DNA of 64,000 nucleotides. Source: an uncultured Acidobacteriota bacterium (GTDB lineage Bacteria; Acidobacteriota; Thermoanaerobaculia; Multivoradales; UBA5704). The stretch covers positions 5,184,001 to 5,248,000 of the forward strand of contig OY969474.1 of assembly GCA_963700145.1 (NCBI GenBank), written 5' to 3'. The notes under the pieces were generated by a model. It saw nothing but the letters and a program-made list of their open reading frames with translations. It did no database searches and was not told where the DNA came from. The position numbers were made by a program, and so were the translations under genes. Every line of letters begins with the position of its first letter. The first letter of the stretch is position 1. Below, piece after piece: positions 38,905 through 50,367 of this stretch.

Positions 38905-40379
38905 GCGCCACCCTCGTCGCCACGCTCGCCGAGCCGCCGCGGCCCGAGGAGCTTGCGGCGCTCGCCGGGACGGCCGATTGGCTGGAGGTGCGGGCGGACC
39001 TGACCGGGGACCTCGACCCGGCGCCCCTCCGCGCCGCCTTCGCCGGGCCGCTCCTCTACACCCTGCGCAGCCGCGCCGAGGGGGGGGCGTTCGAAGGCTC
39101 GGCGGAGCGGCGGCGCCGGCGGCTCCTGCTGGCCGCCGAGCGCTACGACCTGGTGGACCTGGAGGCCGAGCGCGACGCCTCGCCCGAGCTGCTCGCCGCC
39201 GTCCCGCCGGAGCGCCGCCTCCTTTCCTGGCACGGCCCGGCGGCGCCGCTCGAGGACCTCCAGGCCCGCTGCGAGCGGATGACGGCGGTGCCGGCGCGGG
39301 CCTACAAGCTGGTGCCGGCGGCCGCGCAGGCGGGGGAGGAGCTGGCGCCGCTCCAGCTCCTGCACGGGCTCGGGCGGACGGACGTCGCCGCCTTCGCCTC
39401 CGGCCCGCTCGGGCTCTGGACGCGGGTCGTCGCGCCGCGCCTCGGCGCGCCGCTGGTCTACGCCGCCGCCGGGGCCCGCGCCGGCGCGCCGGGGCAGCCG
39501 CTGCTCGCCCGGCTGCGCGCCGACTACGCCCTGCCGGAGCTGCCGCCGGTCGAGGCGCTCTTCGGCGTCGTCGGCAACCCGGTCGCCCACTCGCTCTCGC
39601 CCCGCCTGCACAACGCCGCCTACCACGCGCTCGGCCTGCCCTTCCTTTACGTCCCCTTTCATGCCCAGTCGCTCGGCGACTTCTGGCTGGAGATCGTCGA
39701 GAGCGGCGTGCTCGAGGGGATGGGGCTGCCGCTGCGCGGCCTCTCGGTGACCGCGCCGCACAAGGAGGCGGCGCTCGCCCTGGCCGGCGCCGAGAGCCCG
39801 CGGGCGGCGCGCATCGGCGCCGCCAACACGCTGGTCTGCCGCGACGGCGTCTGGGAGGCCGAGGCGACCGACCCGGACGGCGTCCTCCTGCCGCTCGCCG
39901 AGCGCGGCATCGCGCCGGCGGGGCTCGCCGCAGCGGTCCTGGGGTGCGGCGGCGCCGGCCGCTCGGCGGCGGTCGGGCTGGCCGCGGCGGGAGCGAAGGT
40001 GACGCTCTTCAACCGCGGCATCGAGCGCGGGCTCAAGGCGGCGGCGGAGCTGGGGCTGCCGTTCCGGCCTCTCTCGGAGCTCGATCCCGCCCGCTTCGAC
40101 CTGCTGGTCCACGCCACGCCGCGCGAGCAGCGGCCCGGCGAGGCAATGCCGCTCGACACCGAGCGCCTGCGCCCGGGAACGGTGCTGATCGACATGACCT
40201 ACGGCGAGGCCGCGACGCCGCTGCTCGAGGCGGCGGCGGCGCGCGGGGCCGTGACGGTGGACGGGCGGGAGGTGCTGCTCGGCCAGGCGCTGGCCCAGTT
40301 CCGGCTGATGACCGGACGGGAGCTGCCGCCCGAGGTGGGGCGGCGGGCGCTCGGCCTGGATGCTTCGAGCCCTGGCTGA
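38901..40379 (+). CDS. aroE: Fused type I 3-dehydroquinate dehydratase / shikimate dehydrogenase (AroD-AroE)
   Basis: LEVRAD, LYTLRS, SWH; GNPVAHSLSPRLHN, SVTAPHKE, AANTL, LGCGGAG. Start uncertain (frame open from CTG 38901). Confidence 0.9.
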   Translation: MSATLVATLAEPPRPEELAALAGTADWLEVRADLTGDLDPAPLRAAFAGPLLYTLRSRAEGGAFEGSAERRRRRLLLAAERYDLVDLEAERDASPELLAAVPPERRLLSWHGPAAPLEDLQARCERMTAVPARAYKLVPAAAQAGEELAPLQLLHGLGRTDVAAFASGPLGLWTRVVAPRLGAPLVYAAAGARAGAPGQPLLARLRADYALPELPPVEALFGVVGNPVAHSLSPRLHNAAYHALGLPFLYVPFHAQSLGDFWLEIVESGVLEGMGLPLRGLSVTAPHKEAALALAGAESPRAARIGAANTLVCRDGVWEAEATDPDGVLLPLAERGIAPAGLAAAVLGCGGAGRSAAVGLAAAGAKVTLFNRGIERGLKAAAELGLPFRPLSELDPARFDLLVHATPREQRPGEAMPLDTERLRPGTVLIDMTYGEAATPLLEAAAARGAVTVDGREVLLGQALAQFRLMTGRELPPEVGRRALGLDASSPG

Positions 40380-40411
40380 GGGCGTAAGCTCCGAGCGCCC
40401 GCCGGCCGGCG

Positions 40412-40669
40412 TCAGCGCCGGATCAGTTTGACGATGGCGAGCAGGATGATGGCGCCGAGCAGCGAGGCGATCAGGCCGAGGATGGAAAAGTCCCCGGCGT
40501 TGATCGATCCCGCGCCGAGCAGCGGCCCGAGCAGCCAGCCGCCGAGGAACGCCCCGACGATGCCTACCACGATGTTGAGGATGATGCCCTGCTGAGCGTC
40601 GGTTTTCATGATGATGCTCGCCAGCCAACCGATGAGACCGCCCACGACGAGCCAGATGATGAAGCCCAT
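40412..40669 (-). CDS. GlsB/YeaQ/YmgE family stress membrane protein
   Basis: WLVVGGLIGWLAS...NIVVGIVGAFLGG...GAIILL; AGGAGG RBS. Confidence 0.92.
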   Translation of the reverse strand: MGFIIWLVVGGLIGWLASIIMKTDAQQGIILNIVVGIVGAFLGGWLLGPLLGAGSINAGDFSILGLIASLLGAIILLAIVKLIRR

Positions 40670-40719
40670 AGACCCCTCCTTTGCCTAATTTCGGTGGAAC
40701 GACGTCCTGCCCTCCCCCG

Positions 40720-42203
40720 ATGATGCAACTCCCGGACCACGACCCCCCCGAGCCGGCGCGCCCGCGCCGCGCCGTGCCGCACATCCGGGAGTTCCTGGCC
40801 GACAGCCTGACGCCCCTGGGGGTGTACCGGCGGCTGGCCCGCGCCTCGCCCACCCGGTTCCTGCTCGAGAGCGTCACCGGCGGCGAGCAGGTCTCCCGCT
40901 TCAGCTTCCTGGGCGCCGGGCCGCGCGAGCTCTACCGCCTCTGGCCGGACCGGCTGGAGGTCGAGCGCGACGGGCGGCGCGAAGCCCTCCCCGGGCCGCC
41001 GCTCGCGGCGCTGCGCCGGGTCGTCGCCGGGGTCGTCGCCGACCCGGGGCCGATCCCCTTCACCGGCGGCCTCGTCGGCTACTTCGGCTACGACCTGGTG
41101 CGGCTGGTGGAGCGGCTGCCGCAACCGCCCCCCGACCCGCACGGGCTGCCCTGGGCGCTGCTGGCCCGCTTCGACACCCTGGTGGTCTTCGACCACGCCC
41201 TGCAGCGGGTGCTGGCGATCGCCAACGAGGTGGAGGGGGAGGTCGGGGTGGAGGAGGCCGAGCGGCAGCTCGAGGGGCTGGCCCGGCTGCTGACCGTCGA
41301 GGCCGCCGGCGGCGGCGTCGCGATGCCCGGCCGCCGCCCCGAGCCGCCGGCGACGGCGCCGCCGAGCCTGCCGGGGCCGGAGTTCCGCCGCGCCGTCGCC
41401 GCCGCCAAGGAGCACATCGTCGCCGGCGACATCTTCCAGGTCGTCCTCGCCCGCCGCTGGCGCCTGCCGCGGCGGGTCGAGCCGCTCGCCCTCTACCGCG
41501 CCGTGCGCATGGTCAACCCCAGCCCCTACATGGTGCTGTTGGAGACCCCCGACGTGGCCCTGGTCGGTGCCTCGCCGGAGATGCTGGTGCGCCGCTCCGG
41601 CCGGCACCTCGAGACCCGCCCGATCGCCGGCACGCGGCCGCGCGGCGCCGACGCCGAGGGCGACCGCCGCCTGGCCGAGGACCTCCTCGCCGACCCCAAG
41701 GAGCGGGCCGAGCACGTCATGCTGGTGGACCTCGGCCGCAACGACCTCGGGCGGGTGGCGGTGCCGGCCAGCGTCCGGGTGGCGAGCTTCCTCGACGTCG
41801 AGCGATACAGTCACGTCATGCACCTGGTCTCGTCGGTCGTCGGTGAGCTGGCGCCGGGCAAGGACGGCCTCGACGCCCTCCTCGCCTGCTTCCCGGCGGG
41901 GACCGTCTCGGGGGCGCCCAAGATCCGCGCCATGGAGATCATCGACGCGCTGGAGCCGGAGGCGCGCGGCCCCTACGCCGGCGCCGTCGGCTACCTCTCC
42001 TACTCCGGCGACCTCGACACCTGCATCACGATCCGGACTCTCGTGGTGCGCGGCGACGAGGTCTCGGTCACCGCCGGCGCCGGCATCGTCGCCGACTCCG
42101 ACCCCGCGGCGGAGGAGCGGGAGACCGAGAGCAAGGCGGCGGCGCTGCTGGCGGCGGTGGCGCTGGCCGAGCGCCTGGAGGAGAAAGACCCGGGGGGCGC
42201 GGC

Positions 42204-42207
<4 letters not shown>
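40720..42207 (+). CDS. trpE: Anthranilate synthase component I
   Basis: FLLES, GDIFQVV, NPSPYM, RPIAGTRPR, AEHVMLVDLGRND, GAPKIRAM; start may be GTG 40774. Confidence 0.95.
40725..40739 (-). promoter_or_regulatory. Sigma-54 -24/-12 motif for the GlsB-family gene
   Basis: TGGTCCGGGAGTTGC (GG-N10-GC). Confidence 0.55.
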
Positions 42208-42778
<571 letters not shown>

Positions 42779-42782
<4 letters not shown>

Positions 42783-43792
42783 TCGACGCCCGCGACGCTC
42801 TGGCCCGCATCGCCGGCGGCCAGGACCTCGAGCGCGGCGAGACCGAGGACCTGTTCGGCCAGCTCATGGACGGCGCCCTCTCCGAGACGCTCAAGGCGGC
42901 GCTGCTGATCGCGCTGCGGATGAAGGGGGAGGCGGTGGCGGAGATCGCCGGCGCCGCGGCCGCCATGCGCCGGCGGGTGCTGGCCATCCCGCACCGCCGC
43001 GTCGGCGTGGTGGACACCTGCGGCACCGGCGGCGACGGCCGCGCCACCTTCAACATCTCGACCGCCGCGGCCTTCGTGGTCGCCGCCGCCGGCGTGCCGG
43101 TGGCCAAGCACGGCAACCGCGCGGTCTCCAGCCGCTCGGGGAGCGCCGACGTGCTCGCGGCGCTGGGGGTGGAGGTCGAGGCCTCGCCCGAGGCGGCCGC
43201 GGCGGCGCTCGAGCGGGTGGGGATCGCCTTCCTCTTCGCGCCGCGCCTCCACCCGGCGATGCGCGAGGTGGCGCCGGTGCGCCGCGAGCTCGGGCTGCGG
43301 ACGATCTTCAACGTCTTGGGACCCTTGACCAACCCGGCCGGCGCCCGGCGGCAGGTCATCGGGGTCTACGCCGAGGACCTGGTCGAGCGGCTGGCGCTGG
43401 TGCTCGTCGACCTCGGGACCGACCACGCCCTGGTCGTCCACGGCAGCGACGGCCTCGACGAGATCACCACGACCGGCGCCACGCGGGTGGCGGAGGTGCG
43501 CGGCGGCGAGCTGCACCTGGCGACGATCGCGCCCGAAGGGCTGGGGCTCGCCCGCGCCACGCTCGAAGATCTCGCCGGCGGCTCGCCGGAGGAGAACGCC
43601 CGCGCCATGGAGCGGATCTTCGCCGGCGAGACCGGCGCCCTGGCCGACGTCGTGGCCGCCAACGCCGGCGCCGCGCTCTACGTCGGCGGCGCGGCGCAGG
43701 GCCTGCGCGAGGGCGTGGAGCGGGCGCGGGAGGTGCTGGCCTCCGGCGCTGCCGCGGCGAAGCTCGAGGAGCTGCGGAGCTTTCGCGGGTGA
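42779..43792 (+). CDS. trpD: Anthranilate phosphoribosyltransferase
   Basis: DTCGTGGDG, NIST, KHGNR, GPLTNP, DGLDE. Confidence 0.97.
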
Positions 43793-43808
43793 AGAGCACC
43801 CAAAGGAC

Positions 43809-43837
43809 GTCATCCTGAGCGCAGCGAAGGATTTGGG
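43809..43837. repeat. REP-like element, family A
   Basis: gtcatcctgagcgcagcgaaggatttggg between trpD and trpC. Confidence 0.85.
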
Positions 43838-43849
43838 CGGGGGGTAGCC

Positions 43850-44935
43850 GTGGCGCCCGACATCCTCCAGCGCATTGCCGAGCAGCGCCGAGACCGCGTC
43901 TTCGCCGAATCGGGCATCGAGGACGCCGCTGCGAGCCTCCGGAAGGGGCCGCTGCTTGTTCCTGCCCGGAATCCTTTTCTCTCCGCCCTCGCCGCGCGCC
44001 GCGGCCGGGCGGTGATCGCCGAGATCAAGCTGGGCTCGCCGCGGCTGGGCTCGCTCGCCGGGCGCATGGATCCGCTGGCCCAGGCGCGGCTCTACGGCGC
44101 CGGCGGCGCCGCCGCGCTCTCGGTCGTCGTCGAGCCCGACCACTTCGGCGGCAGCTACGAGCTGCTGGCGGCCTGCCATGCGGCCTCGGGGCTGCCGGCG
44201 GTCGCCAAGGACTTCGTCGTCCACCCGGTGCAGCTCCGGTGGGCGAAGGAGGCCGGGGCGGATGCCGTGCTGCTGATCGCGTCGCTCCTGTCCGCGGAGG
44301 AGCTGCGCCGCTACGCCGGGCTGGCCCGCGGGCTCGGGCTCGTGCCGCTCGTCGAGACGCACGACGCCGAGGACGTCGCGAAGCTCGAGGGTGGGGAGTG
44401 GGAGCTGGTAGGGGTGAACAACCGCGACCTGCGGACGTTCGCGGTGGACCTGGGGCAGTCGATCGAGCTGCTGCCGCGGCTGCCGCTAGCGGCGCTCAAG
44501 GTGGCCGAAAGCGGAATTTCAGGTAAGGAAGACGTGGAGCGGCTCGGTAGCGCGGGATTCGACGCGTTCCTGGTGGGCGAAGCGCTGCTGCTGGCCGACG
44601 ATCCTGGGCAGTTGCTCAATGAGCTGAGTTCCCCCGCCCAGATCCTTCGCTACGCTCAGGATGACAAATCGGGGCTGACGGATCGGATTTGTCATCCTGA
44701 GCGAAGCGAAGGATCTGGGGGTGGGAAAGGTGAAGGTCAAGATCTGCGGTGTTACGAGCCCCGAAGACGCCCTCGCCGCGGCGGCGGCCGGGGCCGATCT
44801 GCTGGGGCTCAACTTCTATCCGCCGAGCCCGCGCGCTCTGGACGCGGAGAAGGCGCGCGCGATCGCCGACGCCGTCCGCTCGGCGCACCCCGATGTCCTC
44901 CTGGTCGGCGTCTTCGCCGACCGGCCGCCGCATGA
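43850..44935 (+). CDS. trpC: Indole-3-glycerol phosphate synthase (enzyme ends near 44630; frame reads on through a repeat)
   Basis: VIAEIK, KDF, GADAVLLI, GVNNRDL, VAESGI, FLVGE. Confidence 0.9.
   Translation: MAPDILQRIAEQRRDRVFAESGIEDAAASLRKGPLLVPARNPFLSALAARRGRAVIAEIKLGSPRLGSLAGRMDPLAQARLYGAGGAAALSVVVEPDHFGGSYELLAACHAASGLPAVAKDFVVHPVQLRWAKEAGADAVLLIASLLSAEELRRYAGLARGLGLVPLVETHDAEDVAKLEGGEWELVGVNNRDLRTFAVDLGQSIELLPRLPLAALKVAESGISGKEDVERLGSAGFDAFLVGEALLLADDPGQLLNELSSPAQILRYAQDDKSGLTDRICHPERSEGSGGGKGEGQDLRCYEPRRRPRRGGGRGRSAGAQLLSAEPARSGRGEGARDRRRRPLGAPRCPPGRRLRRPAAA
44637..44719. repeat. Inverted pair of family A REP-like elements forming a long hairpin
   Basis: cccagatccttcgctacgctcaggatgacaaatc ... 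gatttgtcatcctgagcgaagcgaaggatctggg. Confidence 0.9.
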
Positions 44936-45344
44936 GGTCGAAGCCATCGACCGTGCCGTCGGGCTCGACCTCCTGCAGTTCTCGGGCGACGAGCCGGCGG
45001 CGGCCGTCCGCCCCCACGGGCCGCGCGCCGTGAAAGCGTTTCGCTCCGCAGGCCCTCCCGCGGAAGAAGCTCTTTCTCTCTACCCGGAGATCTTCGGCCT
45101 GCTCATCGACGCCAGCCACAACTCGCTCTACGGCGGCACCGGCAGCGCCTGGGACTTCGCCTCCGTCGCGCCGCTCGCCGCCGAGCGCCGGGTGCTCGTC
45201 GCCGGCGGCATCCGGCCGGGCAACGTCGCCGCGGCGATTGCCAGCGGCGCCTGGGGGATCGACGTCTGCTCCGGCGTAGAATCGGCTCCCGGCGTCAAGG
45301 ACCCGCGGCTCCTGGCGCGCCTGTTCGAGGAGGTCCATGGCTGA
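44730..45344 (+). CDS. trpF: Phosphoribosylanthranilate isomerase
   Basis: [31 protein letters not shown]. Confidence 0.95.
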   Translation: MKVKICGVTSPEDALAAAAAGADLLGLNFYPPSPRALDAEKARAIADAVRSAHPDVLLVGVFADRPPHEVEAIDRAVGLDLLQFSGDEPAAAVRPHGPRAVKAFRSAGPPAEEALSLYPEIFGLLIDASHNSLYGGTGSAWDFASVAPLAAERRVLVAGGIRPGNVAAAIASGAWGIDVCSGVESAPGVKDPRLLARLFEEVHG

Positions 45345-46596
45345 CGCGCGCAATCGCTCCGAGCTGCCGGGCTACTTCGGCCCCTACGGCGGCCGCTTCG
45401 TCCCGGAGACGCTGATGGCGCCGCTGGCGGAGCTGGCGCGGGCCTACGACAAGGCGCGCCGGCAGCGCGGCTTCCAGCGCCGGCTCGACGAGGTGCTGCG
45501 CGACTTCGCCGGCCGGCCGACGCCGCTCTTCCACGCCGAGCGGCTGTCGCGCGAGCTGGGCGGGGCGCGCATCTACCTCAAGCGCGAGGACCTCCTCCAC
45601 ACCGGCGCGCACAAGATCAACAACGCCCTCGGCCAGGCGCTCCTCGCCCGCGGCATGGAGAAGGCGCGGGTGATCGCCGAGACCGGCGCCGGCCAGCACG
45701 GCGTCGCCGCCGCCACCGCCGCGGCCTTCTTCGGCCTCTCCTGCACGGTCTACATGGGCAGCGAGGACATGCGGCGCCAGCGCCTCAACGTCGACCGCAT
45801 GCGCCTGCTCGGCGCCGAGGTGGTGCCGGTGGACGCCGGCAGCCGCACCCTCAAGGACGCCATCAACGAGGCGCTGCGCGACTGGGTGACCAACGTCCGC
45901 ACCACCCATTACATCCTCGGCTCGGTGCTCGGCCCCGATCCTTACCCGCGGATGGTGCGCGACTTCCAGAAGGTGATCGGCGAGGAGGCGCGGCTGCAGC
46001 TCCGCCGCCAGGCGCGGGTGCCGCGCCCAGACCTGGTGGTGGCCTGCATCGGCGGCGGCAGCAACGCGATCGGCCTCTTCTCGGCCTTCCTCGACGACCC
46101 GCGGGTGCGGCTGATCGGCGTCGAGGCGGCCGGGCGCGGCATCGTCCCCGGCCAGCACGCGGCGCGCTTCGCCGGCGGCTCGCTCGGCGTCCTCCACGGC
46201 ACCCGCACCCTGGTGCTCCAGGACGCCGAGGGGCAGATCTCGAATACGCACTCGGTCTCGGCGGGCCTCGACTACCCGGCGGTCGGGCCGGAGCACGTCC
46301 TGCTGCGCGACCGCGGGCGGGTCGAGTACACCTCGGCTACCGACGCCGAGGCGGTCGATGCCTTCCACCTCCTCGCCCGCACCGAAGGGATCCTGCCGGC
46401 CCTCGAGAGCGCCCACGCCCTCGCCGAGGTGACGCGCCACGCGCCGCGCCTGTCGCGCGAGCGGGTGGTGCTGGTCAACCTCTCGGGGCGCGGCGACAAG
46501 GACCTCGAGTCGGTGATGGAGTTCGACCGCGCGCGGGCCGGGGAGGGGGGCGAGACCGGGCGGCGCCTGGCCGAGGTGCGGAGGTTCGGGCGGTGA
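45337..46596 (+). CDS. trpB: Tryptophan synthase beta chain
   Basis: [46 protein letters not shown]. Confidence 0.98.
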   Translation: MADARNRSELPGYFGPYGGRFVPETLMAPLAELARAYDKARRQRGFQRRLDEVLRDFAGRPTPLFHAERLSRELGGARIYLKREDLLHTGAHKINNALGQALLARGMEKARVIAETGAGQHGVAAATAAAFFGLSCTVYMGSEDMRRQRLNVDRMRLLGAEVVPVDAGSRTLKDAINEALRDWVTNVRTTHYILGSVLGPDPYPRMVRDFQKVIGEEARLQLRRQARVPRPDLVVACIGGGSNAIGLFSAFLDDPRVRLIGVEAAGRGIVPGQHAARFAGGSLGVLHGTRTLVLQDAEGQISNTHSVSAGLDYPAVGPEHVLLRDRGRVEYTSATDAEAVDAFHLLARTEGILPALESAHALAEVTRHAPRLSRERVVLVNLSGRGDKDLESVMEFDRARAGEGGETGRRLAEVRRFGR

Positions 46597-47414
46597 GCCC
46601 GCTCGACGAGGTCTTCCGCCGCTGCGCCGAGGAGCGCCGGGCGGCCTTCATCCCGTTCCTGATGGCCGGCGACCCCGACCTCGGGACGACCGAGGCACTG
46701 CTCGAGGCCGTCGCCGCCGGCAGCGCCGACCTGATCGAGCTGGGGGTGCCTTTCTCCGACCCCATCGCCGACGGTCCGGTCAACCAGCGGGCGGCGGCCC
46801 GCGCCCTCGCCGCCGGCACCAAGCTCTCCGGCATCCTCCACACCGTCGCCGCGGTGCGCGACCGGCTGGGGCTGCCGATCGTCCTCTTCACCTACTTCAA
46901 CCCGCTGCACGCCCGCGGCCTCGAGCGCTTCGCCGAGCAGGCGGCGGCGAGCGGTGTCGACGGCGTCCTCTGCGTCGACCTGCCGCCGGAGGAGGCCGAG
47001 CGCGAGCTGGTGCCGGCGCTGGCGGCGCAGGGGATCGACACGATCTTCCTCCTCGCCCCGACCAGCACGCGCGAGCGGGTGCAGCGGGTGGCGCGCCTCG
47101 CCTCGGGGTTCGTCTACTACGTCTCGCGCACCGGCGTCACCGGCGAGCGCGACGCCCTGCCGCCGGACCTGGCGCGCGAGGTGCGCCGCGTGCGGCGCAA
47201 GCTCGACCAGCCGCTGGCGGTCGGCTTCGGCATCTCGACCCCGGCGCAGGTGGCGGCGCTGGGCGAGGTGGCCGACGGCATCGTCGTCGGCAGCGCGCTC
47301 GTCCGCCTCGTCGAGCAGATGGGCAACGACCCGGGGCTGCCGGAGGCGCTGGAGGAGCGGGTGCGGCAGCTCTCCGCCCCCCTCCGCCGCCGCGCCGAGC
47401 GCCGCCGTGCGTAG
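46593..47414 (+). CDS. trpA: Tryptophan synthase alpha chain
   Basis: [37 protein letters not shown]. Confidence 0.97.
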   Translation: MSPLDEVFRRCAEERRAAFIPFLMAGDPDLGTTEALLEAVAAGSADLIELGVPFSDPIADGPVNQRAAARALAAGTKLSGILHTVAAVRDRLGLPIVLFTYFNPLHARGLERFAEQAAASGVDGVLCVDLPPEEAERELVPALAAQGIDTIFLLAPTSTRERVQRVARLASGFVYYVSRTGVTGERDALPPDLAREVRRVRRKLDQPLAVGFGISTPAQVAALGEVADGIVVGSALVRLVEQMGNDPGLPEALEERVRQLSAPLRRRAERRRA

Positions 47415-47436
47415 CGCCCGGCCTACGTGCCGGGCG
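47410..47436. repeat. GTAG-type REP, family B
   Basis: cGTAGcgcccggcctacgtgccgggcg hairpin; its TAG is the trpA stop; same element at 52298-52357. Confidence 0.8.
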
Positions 47437-47444
47437 TTTTCGCG

Positions 47445-48131
47445 ATGAGCCCCGACCCGATCGCGCTGGAAGTCCCGGCGCAGGTCCACGGGCACGTCCT
47501 GCTGCGCGTCCCCGACGGCGAGCCGCCGGCGGGCGGCTGGCCGCTCCTGGCCGGCTTCCACGGCTATGCCGAGACCGCCGAGAAGCACCTGGCGCAGCTC
47601 GCGACGATCCCCGGATCCGACGGCTGGGCGCTCTGCGCCGTCCAGGCCCTCCACCCCTTCTACACCCGCGGCAACGAGGTGGTGGCGGGGTGGATGACCC
47701 GCTTCGCGCGCGAGCGCGCGATCGCCGACAACACCGCCTACGTCGCCGCGGCGTTGGCCGCCGCGCGCGCGCGCCTGGGCGCCGCCGGCGCCGGCCGGCT
47801 CGCCTTCCTCGGCTTTTCGCAGGGGGTGGCGATGGCCTACCGCGCCGCCGCCGACCACGCCCGCCGCGGCGTCGCGTGCCAGGGCCTCGTGGCGCTGGCG
47901 GGCGACGTGCCGCCCGAGCTGGCCGACATGGACCTGAGCGGCTTTCCGGCCGTCCTCATCGGCCGCGGCACGCGCGAGGAGTGGTACTCGGAAGAGAAGC
48001 TGGCCGCCGATCTGGCGCTCCTGGCCGGGAAGGGCGTGGCGGCGCGCGCCGCCCGCTTCGAGGGCGGGCACGAGTGGACCGATCCCTTCCGCCGCGCCGC
48101 CGGCGAGTTCCTCGCCGGCGTCCTCGCCTGA
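47445..48131 (+). CDS. Alpha/beta hydrolase (phospholipase/carboxylesterase family)
   Basis: GFHGY, GFSQG nucleophile elbow, FEGGHE. Confidence 0.85.
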   Translation: MSPDPIALEVPAQVHGHVLLRVPDGEPPAGGWPLLAGFHGYAETAEKHLAQLATIPGSDGWALCAVQALHPFYTRGNEVVAGWMTRFARERAIADNTAYVAAALAAARARLGAAGAGRLAFLGFSQGVAMAYRAAADHARRGVACQGLVALAGDVPPELADMDLSGFPAVLIGRGTREEWYSEEKLAADLALLAGKGVAARAARFEGGHEWTDPFRRAAGEFLAGVLA

Positions 48132-48138
48132 AACAGAA

Positions 48139-48163
48139 AGGGCGCCCTTTGGCGGGGCGCCCT
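48139..48163. terminator. Intrinsic terminator between convergent genes
   Basis: Hairpin agggcgccc...gggcgccct followed on the minus strand by TTCTGTTT. Confidence 0.6.
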
Positions 48164-48188
48164 CAGAGAAGTCCAGTGAGACCGAGGG

Positions 48189-48425
48189 TTACTGGGCCGG
48201 CGGGGGCTCGGTCGTGCCAGTCGTCGCGTCGGTGGCCATGTCGGTGGTCATGTCCGTCGTGCCCGTGTCCAGCGGCTCGGTCGTCATGTCCATCCCGGTG
48301 TCCGTCACGGCGTCGGTGACCGCGTCGGTCCCGTCGTCGTCGTCCCGGTCGCCACAGGCCACCATCGGCACCATGACCCCGGCCAGCAGCAGGCACAGCA
48401 TGCTGAAGTGGATGAACTTCTTCAT
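48189..48425 (-). CDS. Small Asp/Thr/Met-rich lipoprotein
   Basis: Signal peptide with MVAC lipobox; low-complexity mature part; GGAG RBS. Confidence 0.7.
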   Translation of the reverse strand: MKKFIHFSMLCLLLAGVMVPMVACGDRDDDDGTDAVTDAVTDTGMDMTTEPLDTGTTDMTTDMATDATTGTTEPPPAQ

Positions 48426-48478
48426 CTGTCTTCTCCCCTTTGTAATTGACTGGATGATATGAAACGGGATGGCGACGA

Positions 48479-48799
48479 TCAGCTCTGGTCGCCGACCTTG
48501 ATCAAGTTTATCACCCTCTTGACGCCGTCGGTGGTGCGGGCCAGCTCCTCGGCCTCGGAGCGCGCTTCGGCCTTCTCCACCCGGCCCTGCAGCGTGACCA
48601 CCCCCTCGTTGGTGTCCACGTCGATGTTGAACGGGTTGATGTCGCCGTCGGCCGCCAGCTTGGCCTTGACCGCGGCGGTGATCGCGGCGTCGTCCACTTG
48701 CGTTCCCGCGGTGGTGGTGGAGCTGCAGGCGACCAGCGAGGTCACGGCCACGACGGCCAGTACCAGCAGCAGGATCCGGTGTGCGCTTACCTTGTTCAT
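48479..48799 (-). CDS. BON-domain (OsmY-like) lipoprotein
   Basis: LVAC lipobox; DDAAITAAVKAKL, IDVDTNEGVVTLQG, GVKRVIN. Confidence 0.92.
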   Translation of the reverse strand: MNKVSAHRILLLVLAVVAVTSLVACSSTTTAGTQVDDAAITAAVKAKLAADGDINPFNIDVDTNEGVVTLQGRVEKAEARSEAEELARTTDGVKRVINLIKVGDQS

Positions 48800-48880
48800 C
48801 TCGTCCTCCTCACGTTGCTAGACCTGAGTTGTTTCCTTCCGGGCTCGTCGGCACAGACTGCTCTACGGAGGACCAAGAAA

Positions 48881-48895
48881 GCAGGTTCTGTGCCA
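48881..48895 (-). promoter_or_regulatory. Sigma-54 -24/-12 promoter for the BON gene
   Basis: TGGCACAGAACCTGC. Confidence 0.75.
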
Positions 48896-48989
48896 TTCGC
48901 CCGGGAAGGTAGGTCGTCGCAGGTGAGGTCGGGGCGTGCGGCGGAGTATACGCAGGCAGCCCCGGCGCCTCAAGGGGGGAGTCAACCCC

Positions 48990-50333
48990 CTATTCCAGCT
49001 TGTACGTATTCAGCCGGTTGTAGAGCGTCTTGAGGCTCACCCCGAGCACCTCCGCCGCCTTCCGCTTGTTCCCGCCGTGGAGCTCGAGGGTGGCCAGGAT
49101 CAGGCGCTTCTCGACGTCGGCGATCGAGGCGCCGACCTGGAAGTGCAGGCTCCTGGCGCCGCCCGAGTCGCCGCCCAGCTCGTGCGGCAGGCAGCGGGGG
49201 GTGATCTCGCCGTCGGCCATGATGTAGGCGCGGTGGACGACGTTCTTGAGCTCGCGCACGTTGCCCGGCCAGGAGTGCTCGCGGAACCGCTCCATCGCCT
49301 CCTCGGAGAGCGTCTTGGCGGTCCCCTCGTGCTGGTTGAGCTCGGAGAGGAAGTAGTGGGCGAGGAGGTCGACGTCGTCGCCGCGGTCGCGCAGGGGCGG
49401 CATCAGGATGGGGAAGACCGACAGCCGGTAGAGGAGGTCCTCGCGCAGCTTGCCGTCCTTGACCGCCTGGTGCGGGTCGCGGTTGGAGGCGGCGATGACC
49501 CGCACGTTGACCTCCACCGGATGGTCGCCGCCGATGCGCATGAAGCCGCCGGTCTCCAGCACCCGCAGGAGCTTGACCTGGAGCTCGATCGGCATCTCGG
49601 TGATCTCGTCGAGGAACAGGCTCCCGTTGTTGGCGCGCTCGAAGTAGCCCTTGTGCAGGCGGGCGGCGCCGGTGAAGCTGCCGCGCTCGTGGCCGAAGAG
49701 CTCGCTCTCGATGAGGGTCGGCGAGATGGCGCCGCAGTTGAGCGGCAGGAACGGCGCCCGGACGCGGCGCGACAGCAGGTGGAGGCTCTGCGCCGCCAGG
49801 TCCTTGCCGGTGCCGCTCTCGCCGACGAAGAAGACGGTGGCGTCGGTCGGCGCCACCCGGGTCATCATCTCGTAGACCGCGTGCATCGGCGGCGAGGCGC
49901 CGAGCAGCAGCTCGAGGCGGTCGGACTCGCGTTCCTGCGGCTGCGCCGCGGCCGTGGCGGACGGCGTCGCCGCCGGCCGGGCGCTCGCCACGTTGGCGAG
50001 GATCGCCTTCAGGCGGCTGATGTCGAGCGGCTTGGTGAGGTAGTCGCTGGCCCCCAGCCGCAGCGCCTGGACGGCGCTCTCGACGTCGGCGTGGCCGGTC
50101 ATCAGCACGACCTCGGTCGGCCGGTCGCGGTCGAGGTCCTTGAGCAGCTCGGTGCCGCGCCCGTCCGGCAGGTAGAGGTCGATCAGCGCCACGTCGGGGG
50201 TGCGGTGGCTGACCTGCGTGCGCGCGTCGCGCAGGTTGGTGGCGATGTTGGTGGTGAAACCCTGCGCCTCGATCAGCTCGGCGAGCGCCGAGAGGAAGTT
50301 CGGGTCGTCGTCGACGGCGAGGGCGTGTGGCAT
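48990..50333 (-). CDS. Sigma-54-dependent response regulator (NtrC family: REC-AAA-Fis HTH)
   Basis: [46 protein letters not shown]. Confidence 0.95.
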   Translation of the reverse strand: MPHALAVDDDPNFLSALAELIEAQGFTTNIATNLRDARTQVSHRTPDVALIDLYLPDGRGTELLKDLDRDRPTEVVLMTGHADVESAVQALRLGASDYLTKPLDISRLKAILANVASARPAATPSATAAAQPQERESDRLELLLGASPPMHAVYEMMTRVAPTDATVFFVGESGTGKDLAAQSLHLLSRRVRAPFLPLNCGAISPTLIESELFGHERGSFTGAARLHKGYFERANNGSLFLDEITEMPIELQVKLLRVLETGGFMRIGGDHPVEVNVRVIAASNRDPHQAVKDGKLREDLLYRLSVFPILMPPLRDRGDDVDLLAHYFLSELNQHEGTAKTLSEEAMERFREHSWPGNVRELKNVVHRAYIMADGEITPRCLPHELGGDSGGARSLHFQVGASIADVEKRLILATLELHGGNKRKAAEVLGVSLKTLYNRLNTYKLE

Positions 50334-50367
50334 TCGATGGTGAGCTCCCCGGAGCCGAGGAGGCTCC

